Origin: Candidatus Wirthbacteria bacterium
GTDB lineage: Bacteria; Patescibacteriota; CG2-30-54-11
Length of the DNA stretch: 64,000 nucleotides
Assembly: GCA_903889905.1 (NCBI GenBank)
Contig: CAISZI010000046.1
Location: forward strand, 64,853-128,852
Reading direction: 5' to 3'
Of this stretch, positions 39,120 to 50,349 are shown one piece after another. Under the pieces are notes generated by a model. The model was not told the DNA's origin. It searched no databases and saw only the letters and a program-made list of their open reading frames with translations. The translations under genes were made by a program, and so were the position numbers. Every line of letters begins with the position of its first letter. Position 1 is the first letter of the stretch.

Positions 39120-42100
39120 ACGATCCATGCCTTGCTGCAACAAACTGACAAAATACTGTTCACCGGCGCTGTCTGTACCGCGCTCCAAAATTTGCTGGTA
39201 CTGCTCCTGCACATATTTGGCATTAAATTCATATGAAATAAAAAAGTCACGGATCACCTGCTGCTTGGTTTTGACACCATCATTGATGACACTGGTCCAG
39301 TACGCCATACCATTGGGCTCACCGGCCCGATTCATGAAATTCAAGTAAAGCGCCTGCATAAAACTTGTCGTATTCTGATCTAAAAACTCCGGTGCATCGA
39401 CAAAGTTGGCGATCAGGTCTGTTTTGCTAAGCCCCTGCAACATTTGGGTGGTCCAGTAACTTAGTCCAGCTGGATCGGCATCACGCTGCATAAAAGTATG
39501 ATAAATATTCTGCACATAATTGCGGTAATCCTCTTCTGTATTGAGATAAGCACGGATGATACCCAGTTTCGTTGCCTGACCACTTAACAACCGGTTTTCC
39601 CAGTAGGACAATCCATTGGGATCCGCATTGCGGCCAAGCACCCGGGTATACATGCGTTTGACAAAACTGTACGCACGCACCTCGCCAAGCGGTTTGATAT
39701 TGCTGACAATCACGGTAATGTCATTACTATTCCCGGCCACGTCCATCATGCTAAAAGTAAAATTCCCGTTTTGCGTAAAGCTGTAGCTAAAACTACCACC
39801 GTTATTCGTCATCGTCACGGGTTCATTGGCCGTCACTGTTACCACGACCGGGCCCAATGTCGGCTCGGTGGTGGAGTACATCGTATTGAGCAGTTGCGGA
39901 CGGGTATAATCAATACCGCTGATTTCCGCTGACGGCAGATAGTCACTGTTCCCATTGCCATCCGTCGCGCGAAAACAAACGACTTTTCCATTATCCGATT
40001 CTGCGGTAAAAACGATTGCGTGCTGATCGATAAAGCCACTACCGCTGCAATCTTCCTGCTTGTTCGCCAGGACTTTAAGCATCAAAGTACCGTAGTTGAC
40101 GACGGCAGAAACCACCTTGCCATGCGCGGGAGTCAGTGTTGGGTCCGTGATCTGGATGACTGGCAAGGCAGCGGCGATTCCCGCGATCGCGACGGAAAGT
40201 TGATAATCATGATTGCCGAGACTATCGAAGGCGTAATAACAGACCCGCTTGCCATTATCGGCGACATTGCTGAAAGTCAGGCTTTGATAGGTACCAAAGG
40301 TTAATGTTGCGTCACAGACCGCACCTGTCGTCACCGCTTGCGTCAAAGTGCCTTTATTGGCACTGGCTGTGATTGTTTTGGTCGTGGCAAGGGAGCTATC
40401 CGGAGCATGAATGGTGATGACTGGTTTGGTGATGTCGATGTTAATGGGATAAGCCGACGCCAGCTCGCTCGCATTATGTGAAGCATCTTCACCATACAGG
40501 CAAAGATACTGGCCATCGTGCGTTTGATCGGTTTGATTCATGCTGTCGCTGTCGACATGATCGTAATCGCTGGCGCTGACTGAACAGGTCGTATTGATGT
40601 TATATTTCCATTTTTTTACACTGGCGTCGCCCCAGCTTGCCGCGATCGTGTCACTGAGAACTGGTCCCTGCGCCACATTGTCGGTAAAGCTCAAAGTGGG
40701 CGGGATCACGTCCATATTTTGTGCTGCCACCACCGCCTGATAGGCATTCAGCCGTTTGCCGCCAATCACTTTGCTGGACAGGCTGGCAAGCACGTCGCCA
40801 GTCTGCAGTAGAGCCGTTTTGATATTGCTGGCCGAAAGGTCCGGTCGCATACCCATCATCATGGCGACTGTGCCCGCAACATAGGGCGTGGCCATCGAGG
40901 TGCCATCTTTAAAAACATAAGACCCCACTGCAGCGGCGGTGTCATAAAGGTTGAGATTGTCGATGTAGCAGGCATCGTTGGGCTTGTCTCCGCCAGCGGC
41001 ATCGGTATGCCAGACAAAGCGGACCCGAAAAGCAGACCCGGCATAATTGCTCAAATCAAACGTGGTGGTACCAGAACCATAGCTGGGTGCAAAACCCAGG
41101 ACTCCCCAGGTTGTCCCATTGGCCGACGCTTGCATTTCAAGGTAATCGGGACTGGTATGGGTAGCGCTGATCAGGGCAATGTCACAACGGTAATCAAATT
41201 TAATATACCCGCCCCCATAACTCATGGCATTGGAAGTCAGGATTGAGTCCACTCCAGCACGGTAGTTGGGATAGCTAGCATCACTATAAAGCACCGTGTT
41301 GTTGGTAATGTTAGAGTGATACGTGGCCCATGTACCACTTCCCGTTTGGGTGAAATACGTACCCAGTCCCGGGGGTGTTACCGATTCAAAATTTTCAGTC
41401 ACTGCAATATCCGGCACTGTACTCAAAATCGTTTGACCAGGCGCAGCCAGATCCACCGTGGTGGCGCCATAATCGGAAAAGGAACTGAGTTGATCGCTGG
41501 AATTTGATGCGGCAACAACGATTACGTTACCCAAACCTGGCCCCGCCGGAGAGGTGGACTTGAAGCCAGCCGGATAGTCGACATAAGCACCGCCCAGATC
41601 ATGATTATAAGCTGAATTTCCGGCTGCTGCCACAAACAATCCCGGGAATCCCGCAATCGCGTTATACATGGCCTGGTCGATGGAGACATCACCATAGCCA
41701 CCAAAACTGGCATTGATCACCTTGGCGCCATTGACACCGGCAAAATGAATGGCCTGCACAATTTGAGCGGTAGACAGGTCGGTCTTGAGCGCCATGATTC
41801 TGGCATTGGACGCTATGCCGGCCACACCAATGCTATTGTTAATTTGCGCGGCAATAATCCCGGCCACATGTGTCCCATGATCACTGCTGGTGGGTAAAGG
41901 AATCTTGTCATTGTCTTCAAAGTCATAACCATGCTGGCAACCTCCTAATGCAGCGCCTTGATCATCCAGACAGCTACTACCATCCCACATACTGGCAAGT
42001 AAATCCGGATGATTGTAAGCAACGCCAAGGTCAATCACAGCCACAGTCACTGCCGGAATGCTATTGCCTGCCTGACTCCATGCCTGCGGCCCATCAATAT

Positions 42101-42560
42101 CAGCATCGTTCGTGCCAGCAGTGCCATTCACACTTTGGCCCGTGTTATCCAGTCCCCACAGTGAACTGGCATAGGTATCGTTGGTGCCCAACGCGGATTC
42201 ACGATATTGATAATTGGGTTGGGCATATTCAACCAGCGGATCGTTTTGCAGTTCTTTGACTTTATCAGCCACCGATTTGCCATCATCAATTTTAGCAACA
42301 CTCATCTGGGTGCTGACCTGATCAAGACGGATCAGTTTGTGCCAGTTTTCACTACTCATGGCCTGCGCGGAATCGACCGTAACACCTTGACCGGATTTGT
42401 ATTTGATCAGTACTTCGCCGTCTTTGTAGGGAGGCAGAGATTGTGTCGTTGTCGTAAAAGTCGAAAAACCCGTTTTTTGCTCACCCTGCACCGGCAAGAC
42501 AAAGAGAAAAAGACTGAGCAAACCTGCAATAAAACACGTCAAACCCTTTTTGGTACCCAT
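39069..42560 (-). CDS. Secreted S8 subtilisin-like protease with C-terminal DUF4214-like surface repeats
   Basis: Signal peptide; VAVIDLG, HGTHVAG, AAGN, GTSMATP catalytic motifs; repeated Y...L.R.AD..GL.YW. Confidence 0.9.
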   Translation of the reverse strand: MGTKKGLTCFIAGLLSLFLFVLPVQGEQKTGFSTFTTTTQSLPPYKDGEVLIKYKSGQGVTVDSAQAMSSENWHKLIRLDQVSTQMSVAKIDDGKSVADKVKELQNDPLVEYAQPNYQYRESALGTNDTYASSLWGLDNTGQSVNGTAGTNDADIDGPQAWSQAGNSIPAVTVAVIDLGVAYNHPDLLASMWDGSSCLDDQGAALGGCQHGYDFEDNDKIPLPTSSDHGTHVAGIIAAQINNSIGVAGIASNARIMALKTDLSTAQIVQAIHFAGVNGAKVINASFGGYGDVSIDQAMYNAIAGFPGLFVAAAGNSAYNHDLGGAYVDYPAGFKSTSPAGPGLGNVIVVAASNSSDQLSSFSDYGATTVDLAAPGQTILSTVPDIAVTENFESVTPPGLGTYFTQTGSGTWATYHSNITNNTVLYSDASYPNYRAGVDSILTSNAMSYGGGYIKFDYRCDIALISATHTSPDYLEMQASANGTTWGVLGFAPSYGSGTTTFDLSNYAGSAFRVRFVWHTDAAGGDKPNDACYIDNLNLYDTAAAVGSYVFKDGTSMATPYVAGTVAMMMGMRPDLSASNIKTALLQTGDVLASLSSKVIGGKRLNAYQAVVAAQNMDVIPPTLSFTDNVAQGPVLSDTIAASWGDASVKKWKYNINTTCSVSASDYDHVDSDSMNQTDQTHDGQYLCLYGEDASHNASELASAYPINIDITKPVITIHAPDSSLATTKTITASANKGTLTQAVTTGAVCDATLTFGTYQSLTFSNVADNGKRVCYYAFDSLGNHDYQLSVAIAGIAAALPVIQITDPTLTPAHGKVVSAVVNYGTLMLKVLANKQEDCSGSGFIDQHAIVFTAESDNGKVVCFRATDGNGNSDYLPSAEISGIDYTRPQLLNTMYSTTEPTLGPVVVTVTANEPVTMTNNGGSFSYSFTQNGNFTFSMMDVAGNSNDITVIVSNIKPLGEVRAYSFVKRMYTRVLGRNADPNGLSYWENRLLSGQATKLGIIRAYLNTEEDYRNYVQNIYHTFMQRDADPAGLSYWTTQMLQGLSKTDLIANFVDAPEFLDQNTTSFMQALYLNFMNRAGEPNGMAYWTSVINDGVKTKQQVIRDFFISYEFNAKYVQEQYQQILERGTDSAGEQYFVSLLQQGMDRLRLTSILLDSDEFWNK

Positions 42561-42779
42561 CTTTTCTCATTTTTGTTTTTAAGCCTTCATTTAATTATAC
42601 CGCAACCTCCATTATTTCTCCATCTAATCATCGCTGTCCCACACAGTGACAATGCTGAGCACAACAGCAAAATCAAGTTGTCGGTTACCACTCCAGTACC
42701 TAACCCAGTCATACTAAATAGTTTTGTTCATTTATACACAAAAACCACTCATCAAAGAAAGTTTGAGCCTTCCCCTGCT

Positions 42780-45700
42780 TTACTCGCCAGGAGTAATCAC
42801 CTTGCCTGCTTGACTCAACACCGTCCCGACGATTTGGCCATACTGCACTACCATTTCCGGAGAAAAATGCAATGCTGACAGGGTAGAATTGAGGGAATTG
42901 AGCATGCTCACTAATGATTCGATGCCTCCTTCAATCCGATTGCGATGGCTCCAGCTCAGCAAATCGGCCAGCAACCCGTCCAGCGAAACATTCTCACTGG
43001 TATATCGATCCGGTTCTTGCACCTTGAATTTTTCATCCAATAAGTTGGCCATCATCTCCACGTTCCTGCTGACCACGGCTAACATCAACCCAAAGTACAA
43101 ATCCCAGTCTTCTGCCTTGAACTCAACAATTTCGCCAAAATCAAGCAAAGATGTCTGCTCTCCATTGACCATTAAATTTCCGGGATGTAAATCGCGCGGA
43201 TAGCGGTGTCCCTGTTTCATGACTTCCACCATCTGCCCAAGTGCTTTCATGATTTGTAGGGCCAGGGTCGGATTGTTTTCAACATCCTCTCCCACCATTG
43301 ACGGTTGCTTCACTGCATCACTGCTTATCTGTGCCAACGTCTTGCCTGCTATTTTTTGCATAATCAAAACGCGTTTGTCTGGCACACTGTTCACCGCAGG
43401 GATACCGAGATCAAGGCCAAGCGCTCTTACCTGATTGGCATACCACTGCATATTAGTCGCTTCATGTCGCATATCGATCGACCCTTCCAACTCCCGGAAC
43501 AGATCCTGCAGTAAACTGTCAATATCCACTTTCACAATGCCCTGTTGGTGTAACTTGGCAAAAATGGTGGTGGCGTAATTCTTGAGTTTTCCTAGATGAC
43601 GTTTGGTTAAATGCAAACGCACAATTTTGGCAACTTTGGTCACCTTATCCTCTTGTCCGTGAGCGGATTTGGGTAGCAATTCCACAACCGTGGCCTTACT
43701 GGCACTGCCCAATACCTTGCCAAATCCATCGAACTGCCCAGTCAATCCCAACTGCCGGAATAAATCCATCAAAGCTGATTTGGATATATCAGGTAAGTCA
43801 TCATAGAACGTCTGCAACTCACCCCGCAGGCCGGCGTCCTGTATCAAACTGGCATTCTGTCCCGCGATCCGTCCCAACAAGTCGCCGGCGGAAAGCATCA
43901 TGGCAATCAATTCCGACTTCGTCGGTCGACGCTCACTTTCTGCATCGAACCGGATCACCAACTCGACAAATTGCGCCAGGAGCTCGGCCCGATCTTCGGG
44001 CGTGACACTGCCAAAGACTGTCTCCAACACCGTCTGCAGTGTTTGCTTTTCTGTTGCACTCCATGTCTCAGATGTCGCAGCTTCGCCAGAATCCGTTGGC
44101 GATGGTGTTGTGTAATAATCGACGATATCGTGCAACCATTTCAACCCCGCTGTGGCAAAGTTTTCGGCTGTCATAAAGCCATTGTTGCTGACTGCCAGTC
44201 GATAGACAATCTCGCGCACTTCACTGTGACTGGCAGTGCGAAACAATTTACCCAGGGAATTAAAACTGAGCGTTTTGATCTCACCCGAAACTCCGCTCAG
44301 GCTATCTGCCAGAAACGAAACAGTACCTGTTTCATCATCTGAGGGAATCACAAAAACCAGATTGAGAAAATCCACTGCATAAATTTCCCCATTTTTACTA
44401 CTTTTGCCGGAACCTCTTTGCAATGATGCCCCTAACTGTTTTCCAAGACGCTCATGGTGCTTAGTAAACTCTGTCAGCCGCTGTTCAAAAGTGGAAACTC
44501 TCGACCGCCTGCGTTGCAGTTCTGGTTCGTTATTGGGATGCAGAAACACGAGCAACAGTTCGATGATTTCATCCAAAGCTACGGCGATTTCTGCAGCAGT
44601 GAATTTGGGATTATTTTTGTTAATATCCCGAACCCCATCTGAAAGACGCTTCTGCAACAATCCTGCCAAATTGGATCGGACGCGCGGAGTAAAAAAATCT
44701 TTTGTAATATCCTGCGGACACAACACGTGCTCACGTCGATCCAACAAAAATGTCATCATGTCCGCATTGTTCTGAGGAGGCTGATGGTCAGCCAATCCCG
44801 AAAGCAATCCCAGCCCATACCCCCGTGCTGCCAAGGTGTCGATATTCGTTGCATAATTATAACCAATTTGCAGTTGTCGCGCCTTTTGAATTTGTTCCCA
44901 GGTGGCAGAATGGGTTCGCAATAACTGTTCAATTATATTGTCTCTCGCAGAGTTCGGCTCAGGTAAATATTTTTCGACAATCGCCATCAGCTGCATTAAA
45001 TCATTGCTGGCGTTGTGGTCCAATTCCAGCATGGTCAATTTCACACCCAGATGGGCTTTTAATTCAGGTCCATGGCTCAAATCCCAAGCTGCTTTGCATA
45101 CCGCCAAGGAATCTTCGTCCGCGGCCAACGGTTGGTTGCGATAAAGATAATCAAACAGAAGTTGTCCAATCAATAAATCCCGATACAAAGAAGACGGCAT
45201 GTATGCTTCAATCTGAGCCATTGTCTCAAACAAATCCCAACCCTGTTCGATCTGTTTGTTAAAAAAATCAGTATAAACATTTTTTCTTCTGATGCCATAG
45301 ACAAGCGATTTTCGCGCAACTTGTTTGAGGGCATCTTCCTTTGCAAGCTTTTCAACTTCGTGCTGGAAGCGGTAATGTAGTGAGTCATCATATTCAACCA
45401 ACATGCGCTCCTGCTGCAACGCTATGCGTTCGGACCAATCTGAAGAGCGCAAGGCAATATCGTATCGGAAACCGTCCAGGACAGGCATCAGCTTAATCAT
45501 ATCCGCAGAATCTCCCTCCTGCCTGTCAACCGCCGCATAATATGCCGGACTGAGTTGTCGCAACACGAAACGAGTTAGATCCAATCCCACTTCATCATCA
45601 TAACCCAAGAAATCGACCAGTTGATTGTCTTTATAGGCACAGGCTGGATAACGCTCCAATTGACGCATGCGAGTGATTGTATACACTTTCTTAGCGATTT

Positions 45701-48677
45701 TTTGTACCAGAGCAACCAGAGGTTTCCCCTCTTCCACGGTAATGATTTTTTGTCTCAATCCTGCCAATACCTTTAAGGGATCGTCCACGTCATCCAAAAT
45801 AGCGAGTATGCCGGCAACAATCTCAGGATCAAGCTCAGCAACTGGCAAAAAGCGCTCTTCAAACAGAGTACTAAGCCTATTGTATATGGCTGAAATTGCT
45901 TTCGAGTGCTCGTCACCACCTGGAACAAGGTCCAAAAATTGGCAAGCATGCGACAACATGTGTTCCCGCTGTGCAGCAGTCATCCCCTGTTTGTCCTGTA
46001 TTGTTTGTAAAATTGTCCCGGCTAAGCGCGCCGCCCATTCAGGGGTCATTTCGGCACGGGGGACATCTTTTAATTCCTTTGGCAGGCGATCTCCCCCGTC
46101 GGACCAAATCAACCCGAAATCCACCTCCTGATAACTTTCGGCATGTTTATTCCTGATGAGGTAAAGTTTGCTTTGTTTACCGTCAGATCGAGATGTACGG
46201 AACTGTTGTAATAAATCCCCTTTGTATCCCAACCAACCGCCAGCGGCGATGTAAGCATTCAGCTTTTCCAAATCGAGTTGACGGTTGTCACCATCCAGAC
46301 CAAGCGCCTGCTGCATCCAGTCATGATAGAACCGCTCGTCCAGATGCGCCCCAATCAGGGGCAAATACTGCTCGTACAATTCAATCCGACCCGCCGATTG
46401 CAAAATGGTAAATATCTGTTCCGTATCCAAACTGTGCTGACCTATCCCCAGATCAATGATTTGCCGGTAGGTGTCGACGGGCAGGGAAAGGCGATCACCC
46501 CGCTCTATGTTTTTCCCTTTGGAAGCAGGAAAAAAGCGCCGTATGAAACGATCCTGATTTGCTTTGCCCAGGGCCATACTTCCAGCTACCAGAGTGGCTA
46601 AATCCTCATTTCCCAAGTAAGCACCAGGAGCATCTGAATAGGTATCTGTCAACGTAACTGAGGTCGGATAACTGCCAGTATCCACCAGAATTCCACCCTC
46701 GCCTTCCAATTTCAGAACATTCGCCATGGGCAAAAGTTCAGATTCAAACCCCACAAATTGACTCAAATAATTTCCCAACGCTTGACCAAAACGACTAAAT
46801 CGTTTACCCGCAATCAGACGTTTGGAGTTGGCGTCCCCACGTTGAAATGCCAAAACGCGACGCTTTACAAGTTGTTGCAAATCCGCTGCTGCCAACGCAT
46901 CCATATCCGGGGAGCCCTTTAGCGCAGGCAAGTCCAGACCAGCCTCACGGCCGATTAGCTCCGTCAGATGATTGCGAATTGCCTCTGATTGCACTCCTTG
47001 ACGCTCCAGTGCAGCTATTAACGCTTGTTGAACACGCTGCCAATCCAGATCATGTTGCGACCGCAGCGTTGCATTGATCAAAGCCGTCGGCTTTCCTCTC
47101 TGGGCAGCCGCCTGCAACATATTCAAAGCGATCAAATCCTCAAATTGATCCAGCATCACCGTCAGATTGTCCCAGTTGATATCATATTTTTGATTGGCAA
47201 TCCTGGCTTGCCGTCTACCATAAGGATTCTCGTCATCTTCTTCATCGTCTGCTGACTTACTGCCCATACTTTCAGTCAAAATGTTAAAAATCTGTTCAGG
47301 TTCTCCCTGAATACCCAAAACATCCCACAATTCGCGATCGTAAGTTATTTTTTTTTGATCATAATGAAAAGTATCCCTCAGTGTACTCTGCCAGGTCCGC
47401 AGTCGGCTGAGCAAATCCTCTCTGCCAAACAGAAGCAGTTCTCCACCATCGATCGCCCGCATCCAGTCCACCAGACTACGATTCCCCAAACGGTTGCAGA
47501 CCTCTCTCGCCCGCATGAAATTATTCTCAAATCGGGTCCACCCACGCGCGTTCGGTTTTTCTTTGGACAATGGTTGAGTCATCACCTCGATACCCTGCGC
47601 ACGCATTTCCCGTAATTTGCGAAACAAATGCAAGCCATCGCGCTGCAACGGTAAATCCTCCCAATTAGCAAAATCGACATTATCTTGGTCAAACAGTTCA
47701 TCCCCTCTCTGGAGATGCTCAAACGCATGCCAACCGCTGATAAACAGCGCTCCAAAATCTGGCCGGTTGCTAAGTTCCAATGCAGCTTCCGCCTGATGCC
47801 AATCACCAATACCATAAGCCGCTTCCACTAGCTGGCTCAAACTGCCGGACTGGTCCAGCGTCGCTTCCGCATCCGGCAACGAACCAATGTGATAAACAGC
47901 TTCGTTTTGTTGGCGTTGGTGTTGTTCGACTTTGGCTAACTGCTGTAAAGCTTCTGCCGGCACTCGTATTGATCGCAAATCCCGACCATGCAGATAGAGT
48001 TGCGGATCTTGAGTAATCACCATTGCAGAATTCAAACGGTCAGATGTTCCCGGATGTGTTGGATTCAAATCCAGCTCGTCCTCACTGCCTGTTTGTTCCC
48101 GTTCTTGCTGAGATCGCTCACGCAGGAAACGGAAAGCCTTTTCCGCATCTTGGGCATTAAAAAACTGGGCACAACGCAGTAATGCTTCCACATCACAAAA
48201 CCGTTCACCAATAAACTGTCGCTCGGCACCCTCGTCACTATGAAAAAATTCATGCAGCTGCAACAATGCCAACATCCCATGGTTCAACTCAACCTTATGC
48301 GTACGTCTGACTTGTCCAAATTCACTCAGCTCCCGGATTGCTCCCGCCGACAGTACAATAAGCCGAGCCGAGGACACCGTCTCACAAACAAAAGCATCAT
48401 CCGCAACTACAACTAACTTGTAATGCTCTCCTGGCAAAACTTTTTCCATAATGCCCTGCAAAACAGCATAAATTGGTTGTTCTGCCGGAACCAGTTGCCC
48501 TTTTTCCCGATATTTTTCAAGTTCGCGCAGCGCTTGAAGCTCACTGACGGCTACGTTTCTTTTGTCATCAACAACCCGATCGAAGGCTTCCGCATCCAGG
48601 CTCAGTGGCTGTGAACGTTCCGACGTTGGCGCTAATTCTGCTATATTCTCCTGTTGGCGTGCTGGCTTACTCGGCAT
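42780..48677 (-). CDS. Giant protein (1965 aa): N-terminal M48-like metallopeptidase, C-terminal ABC1/UbiB-like atypical kinase
   Basis: HEFFH...E..CD...THP....R near the N-terminus; LGSAS.A.V, VAKI.R, D.RHEA.N, DLHPGN, LLDFG near the C-terminus. Confidence 0.75.
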   Translation of the reverse strand: MPSKPARQQENIAELAPTSERSQPLSLDAEAFDRVVDDKRNVAVSELQALRELEKYREKGQLVPAEQPIYAVLQGIMEKVLPGEHYKLVVVADDAFVCETVSSARLIVLSAGAIRELSEFGQVRRTHKVELNHGMLALLQLHEFFHSDEGAERQFIGERFCDVEALLRCAQFFNAQDAEKAFRFLRERSQQEREQTGSEDELDLNPTHPGTSDRLNSAMVITQDPQLYLHGRDLRSIRVPAEALQQLAKVEQHQRQQNEAVYHIGSLPDAEATLDQSGSLSQLVEAAYGIGDWHQAEAALELSNRPDFGALFISGWHAFEHLQRGDELFDQDNVDFANWEDLPLQRDGLHLFRKLREMRAQGIEVMTQPLSKEKPNARGWTRFENNFMRAREVCNRLGNRSLVDWMRAIDGGELLLFGREDLLSRLRTWQSTLRDTFHYDQKKITYDRELWDVLGIQGEPEQIFNILTESMGSKSADDEEDDENPYGRRQARIANQKYDINWDNLTVMLDQFEDLIALNMLQAAAQRGKPTALINATLRSQHDLDWQRVQQALIAALERQGVQSEAIRNHLTELIGREAGLDLPALKGSPDMDALAAADLQQLVKRRVLAFQRGDANSKRLIAGKRFSRFGQALGNYLSQFVGFESELLPMANVLKLEGEGGILVDTGSYPTSVTLTDTYSDAPGAYLGNEDLATLVAGSMALGKANQDRFIRRFFPASKGKNIERGDRLSLPVDTYRQIIDLGIGQHSLDTEQIFTILQSAGRIELYEQYLPLIGAHLDERFYHDWMQQALGLDGDNRQLDLEKLNAYIAAGGWLGYKGDLLQQFRTSRSDGKQSKLYLIRNKHAESYQEVDFGLIWSDGGDRLPKELKDVPRAEMTPEWAARLAGTILQTIQDKQGMTAAQREHMLSHACQFLDLVPGGDEHSKAISAIYNRLSTLFEERFLPVAELDPEIVAGILAILDDVDDPLKVLAGLRQKIITVEEGKPLVALVQKIAKKVYTITRMRQLERYPACAYKDNQLVDFLGYDDEVGLDLTRFVLRQLSPAYYAAVDRQEGDSADMIKLMPVLDGFRYDIALRSSDWSERIALQQERMLVEYDDSLHYRFQHEVEKLAKEDALKQVARKSLVYGIRRKNVYTDFFNKQIEQGWDLFETMAQIEAYMPSSLYRDLLIGQLLFDYLYRNQPLAADEDSLAVCKAAWDLSHGPELKAHLGVKLTMLELDHNASNDLMQLMAIVEKYLPEPNSARDNIIEQLLRTHSATWEQIQKARQLQIGYNYATNIDTLAARGYGLGLLSGLADHQPPQNNADMMTFLLDRREHVLCPQDITKDFFTPRVRSNLAGLLQKRLSDGVRDINKNNPKFTAAEIAVALDEIIELLLVFLHPNNEPELQRRRSRVSTFEQRLTEFTKHHERLGKQLGASLQRGSGKSSKNGEIYAVDFLNLVFVIPSDDETGTVSFLADSLSGVSGEIKTLSFNSLGKLFRTASHSEVREIVYRLAVSNNGFMTAENFATAGLKWLHDIVDYYTTPSPTDSGEAATSETWSATEKQTLQTVLETVFGSVTPEDRAELLAQFVELVIRFDAESERRPTKSELIAMMLSAGDLLGRIAGQNASLIQDAGLRGELQTFYDDLPDISKSALMDLFRQLGLTGQFDGFGKVLGSASKATVVELLPKSAHGQEDKVTKVAKIVRLHLTKRHLGKLKNYATTIFAKLHQQGIVKVDIDSLLQDLFRELEGSIDMRHEATNMQWYANQVRALGLDLGIPAVNSVPDKRVLIMQKIAGKTLAQISSDAVKQPSMVGEDVENNPTLALQIMKALGQMVEVMKQGHRYPRDLHPGNLMVNGEQTSLLDFGEIVEFKAEDWDLYFGLMLAVVSRNVEMMANLLDEKFKVQEPDRYTSENVSLDGLLADLLSWSHRNRIEGGIESLVSMLNSLNSTLSALHFSPEMVVQYGQIVGTVLSQAGKVITPGE

Positions 48678-48759
48678 TCACCCTACCTGGGTACAAAATT
48701 AACTACAGAATTATATTTTACTACAACACGCTATCCCCAACAACACGCCCAAAACGAGC

Positions 48760-49071
48760 GCGCAGTCGTCTGGCTTTCAATCCCCGTCTACAGGATGGTG
48801 TGAAAAGGCTAGAATACGGGCAATGCCCACGACCAGAGATACAAAGATCAAGGCAATACCAATTTTTCGCTTAAAAAGAAAAACCACCAGCGCGATCAGC
48901 ATCGTCAGCAGCCTGTGATCCGAAAGGGAACCCATTGTCCGCGGTGAAAGGGATAAGTGGCGCCACTTGGCGGGCTGAGGTAAAAGCCAATAAACAATAC
49001 CAGCTGCCACAAGACTTACCCCAAACAACCACTACGCACAAAAAAAGATACCGTCGTTGAGCAAAATTCAC
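48760..49071 (-). pseudogene. Frameshifted PAP2/BcrC-like phosphatase
   Basis: PLIP..ADNGFP in one frame continues as SDH.LL...GIARI....HHPVD in another (extra T near 48925). Confidence 0.7.
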
Positions 49072-49080
49072 TCGCCAAAA

Positions 49081-50241
49081 TTAGAGGAATAGAAACACCC
49101 CGATCGCGACCAACGTGCACACTACCGCGAAACCAAATGTGGCTGCCGGCGCAAGCAGGGACCACAAAAAACCGCCGATGATCGAGGACAGCAGTGTCGC
49201 CAGACTGGTTATGGTATAAAACGTGCCATAGGCCGTGCCGGCTTTGTCCTGCGTCGTGAGCGAGCCAATCATAGCTTTGGAAATGCCGTCGGTAAAAGCG
49301 ATATAAAACCCGTAAATTCCAAACAATGCCCAAACCAGCAGTGGATTCGTATTAAACGCAAATCCGGCGTACACCAGAGCAAAGATCGCCAGGCCGATGA
49401 CCAGCACTTTGCGCGCCCCGATCCGGTCCGCCAGCCGTCCGGCCGGCGTGGAGGCCAGTGAATAAACCAGATTATAGAGAATGTAGGCCGAAATCACCGC
49501 GACCAGACTGAGCCCCAGCCCTTGGGAACGCAGGATCAAAAACGAGTCGGAACTGTTACCGAGCGCAAAAATTGTCATGCCCACCAGAAACAGTTTGAAC
49601 TCACGTGGCATTCCCCACAGTGACAGGCTGAGTTAAACTTTGCTCGAAAGAATTTTTGTGCGCGTATCCTGAATAAAAACAAAAAACAGCAAGCTGAGCA
49701 CCGCCGGAATCGTTGCCAGATAAAGCACTGTACGAAAATTATTATGCAGTAAATAAAGCAAAACCAGCGCAATCGTCGGCCCAATCACCGCGCCCAGCGA
49801 ATCCATGGAGCGGTGAAAGCCAAAGATAAAACCTTTGTTGGTGGCGTCGGTTTCTTCCAGCAGCAAGGCGTCACGCGCCCCAGTACGTGCACCTTTGCCC
49901 AGCCGGTCCACCGTCCTCGCCAGCAACACCATGGGCCAACTGCTGGCAAGCGCGATCAGTACTTTGGACAAAGCCGCAGCGCCATAACCGGAGACGACAA
50001 AAATTTTACGTTTCTGCAATTTGTCCGACCAGTAGCCAAAGATCGCCTTAAAAAAAGCCGCCATCCCTTCGGCAACACCTTCGATGATGCCCACCACAAA
50101 CACCGGAGCGCCCAACACCTGGGTTAAAAAAATAGGCATAATCGGATAGAGCATCTCCGACGCGGTGTCGTTGAACAGGCTGACCAGGCTGAGATACCAG
50201 ACGCGGCGAGGGATTTTGAGCTTGGATGCAGGCATGGGCAA
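49081..50241 (-). pseudogene. MFS transporter interrupted by in-frame TAA
   Basis: ORFs 49633..50241 and 49081..49611 are in the same frame; N-half D.ASEM..P, DR.GKG.R...RDA; C-half GNSSD.FLILR, G.LADRIG. Confidence 0.85.
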
Positions 50242-50323
50242 AACCGACTAAGAACCAGTCGGGTGGAGTATACGGCCATTTAGCAATCCTGTTAACTCCC
50301 TTGCTTTTATAAAAAATAAGACT

Positions 50324-50349
50324 ATTATATGAATATGCGTTCATATAAT
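50324..50349. promoter_or_regulatory. Putative ArsR operator
   Basis: ATTATATGAA-TATGCG-TTCATATAAT inverted repeat overlapping the arsR start. Confidence 0.6.
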
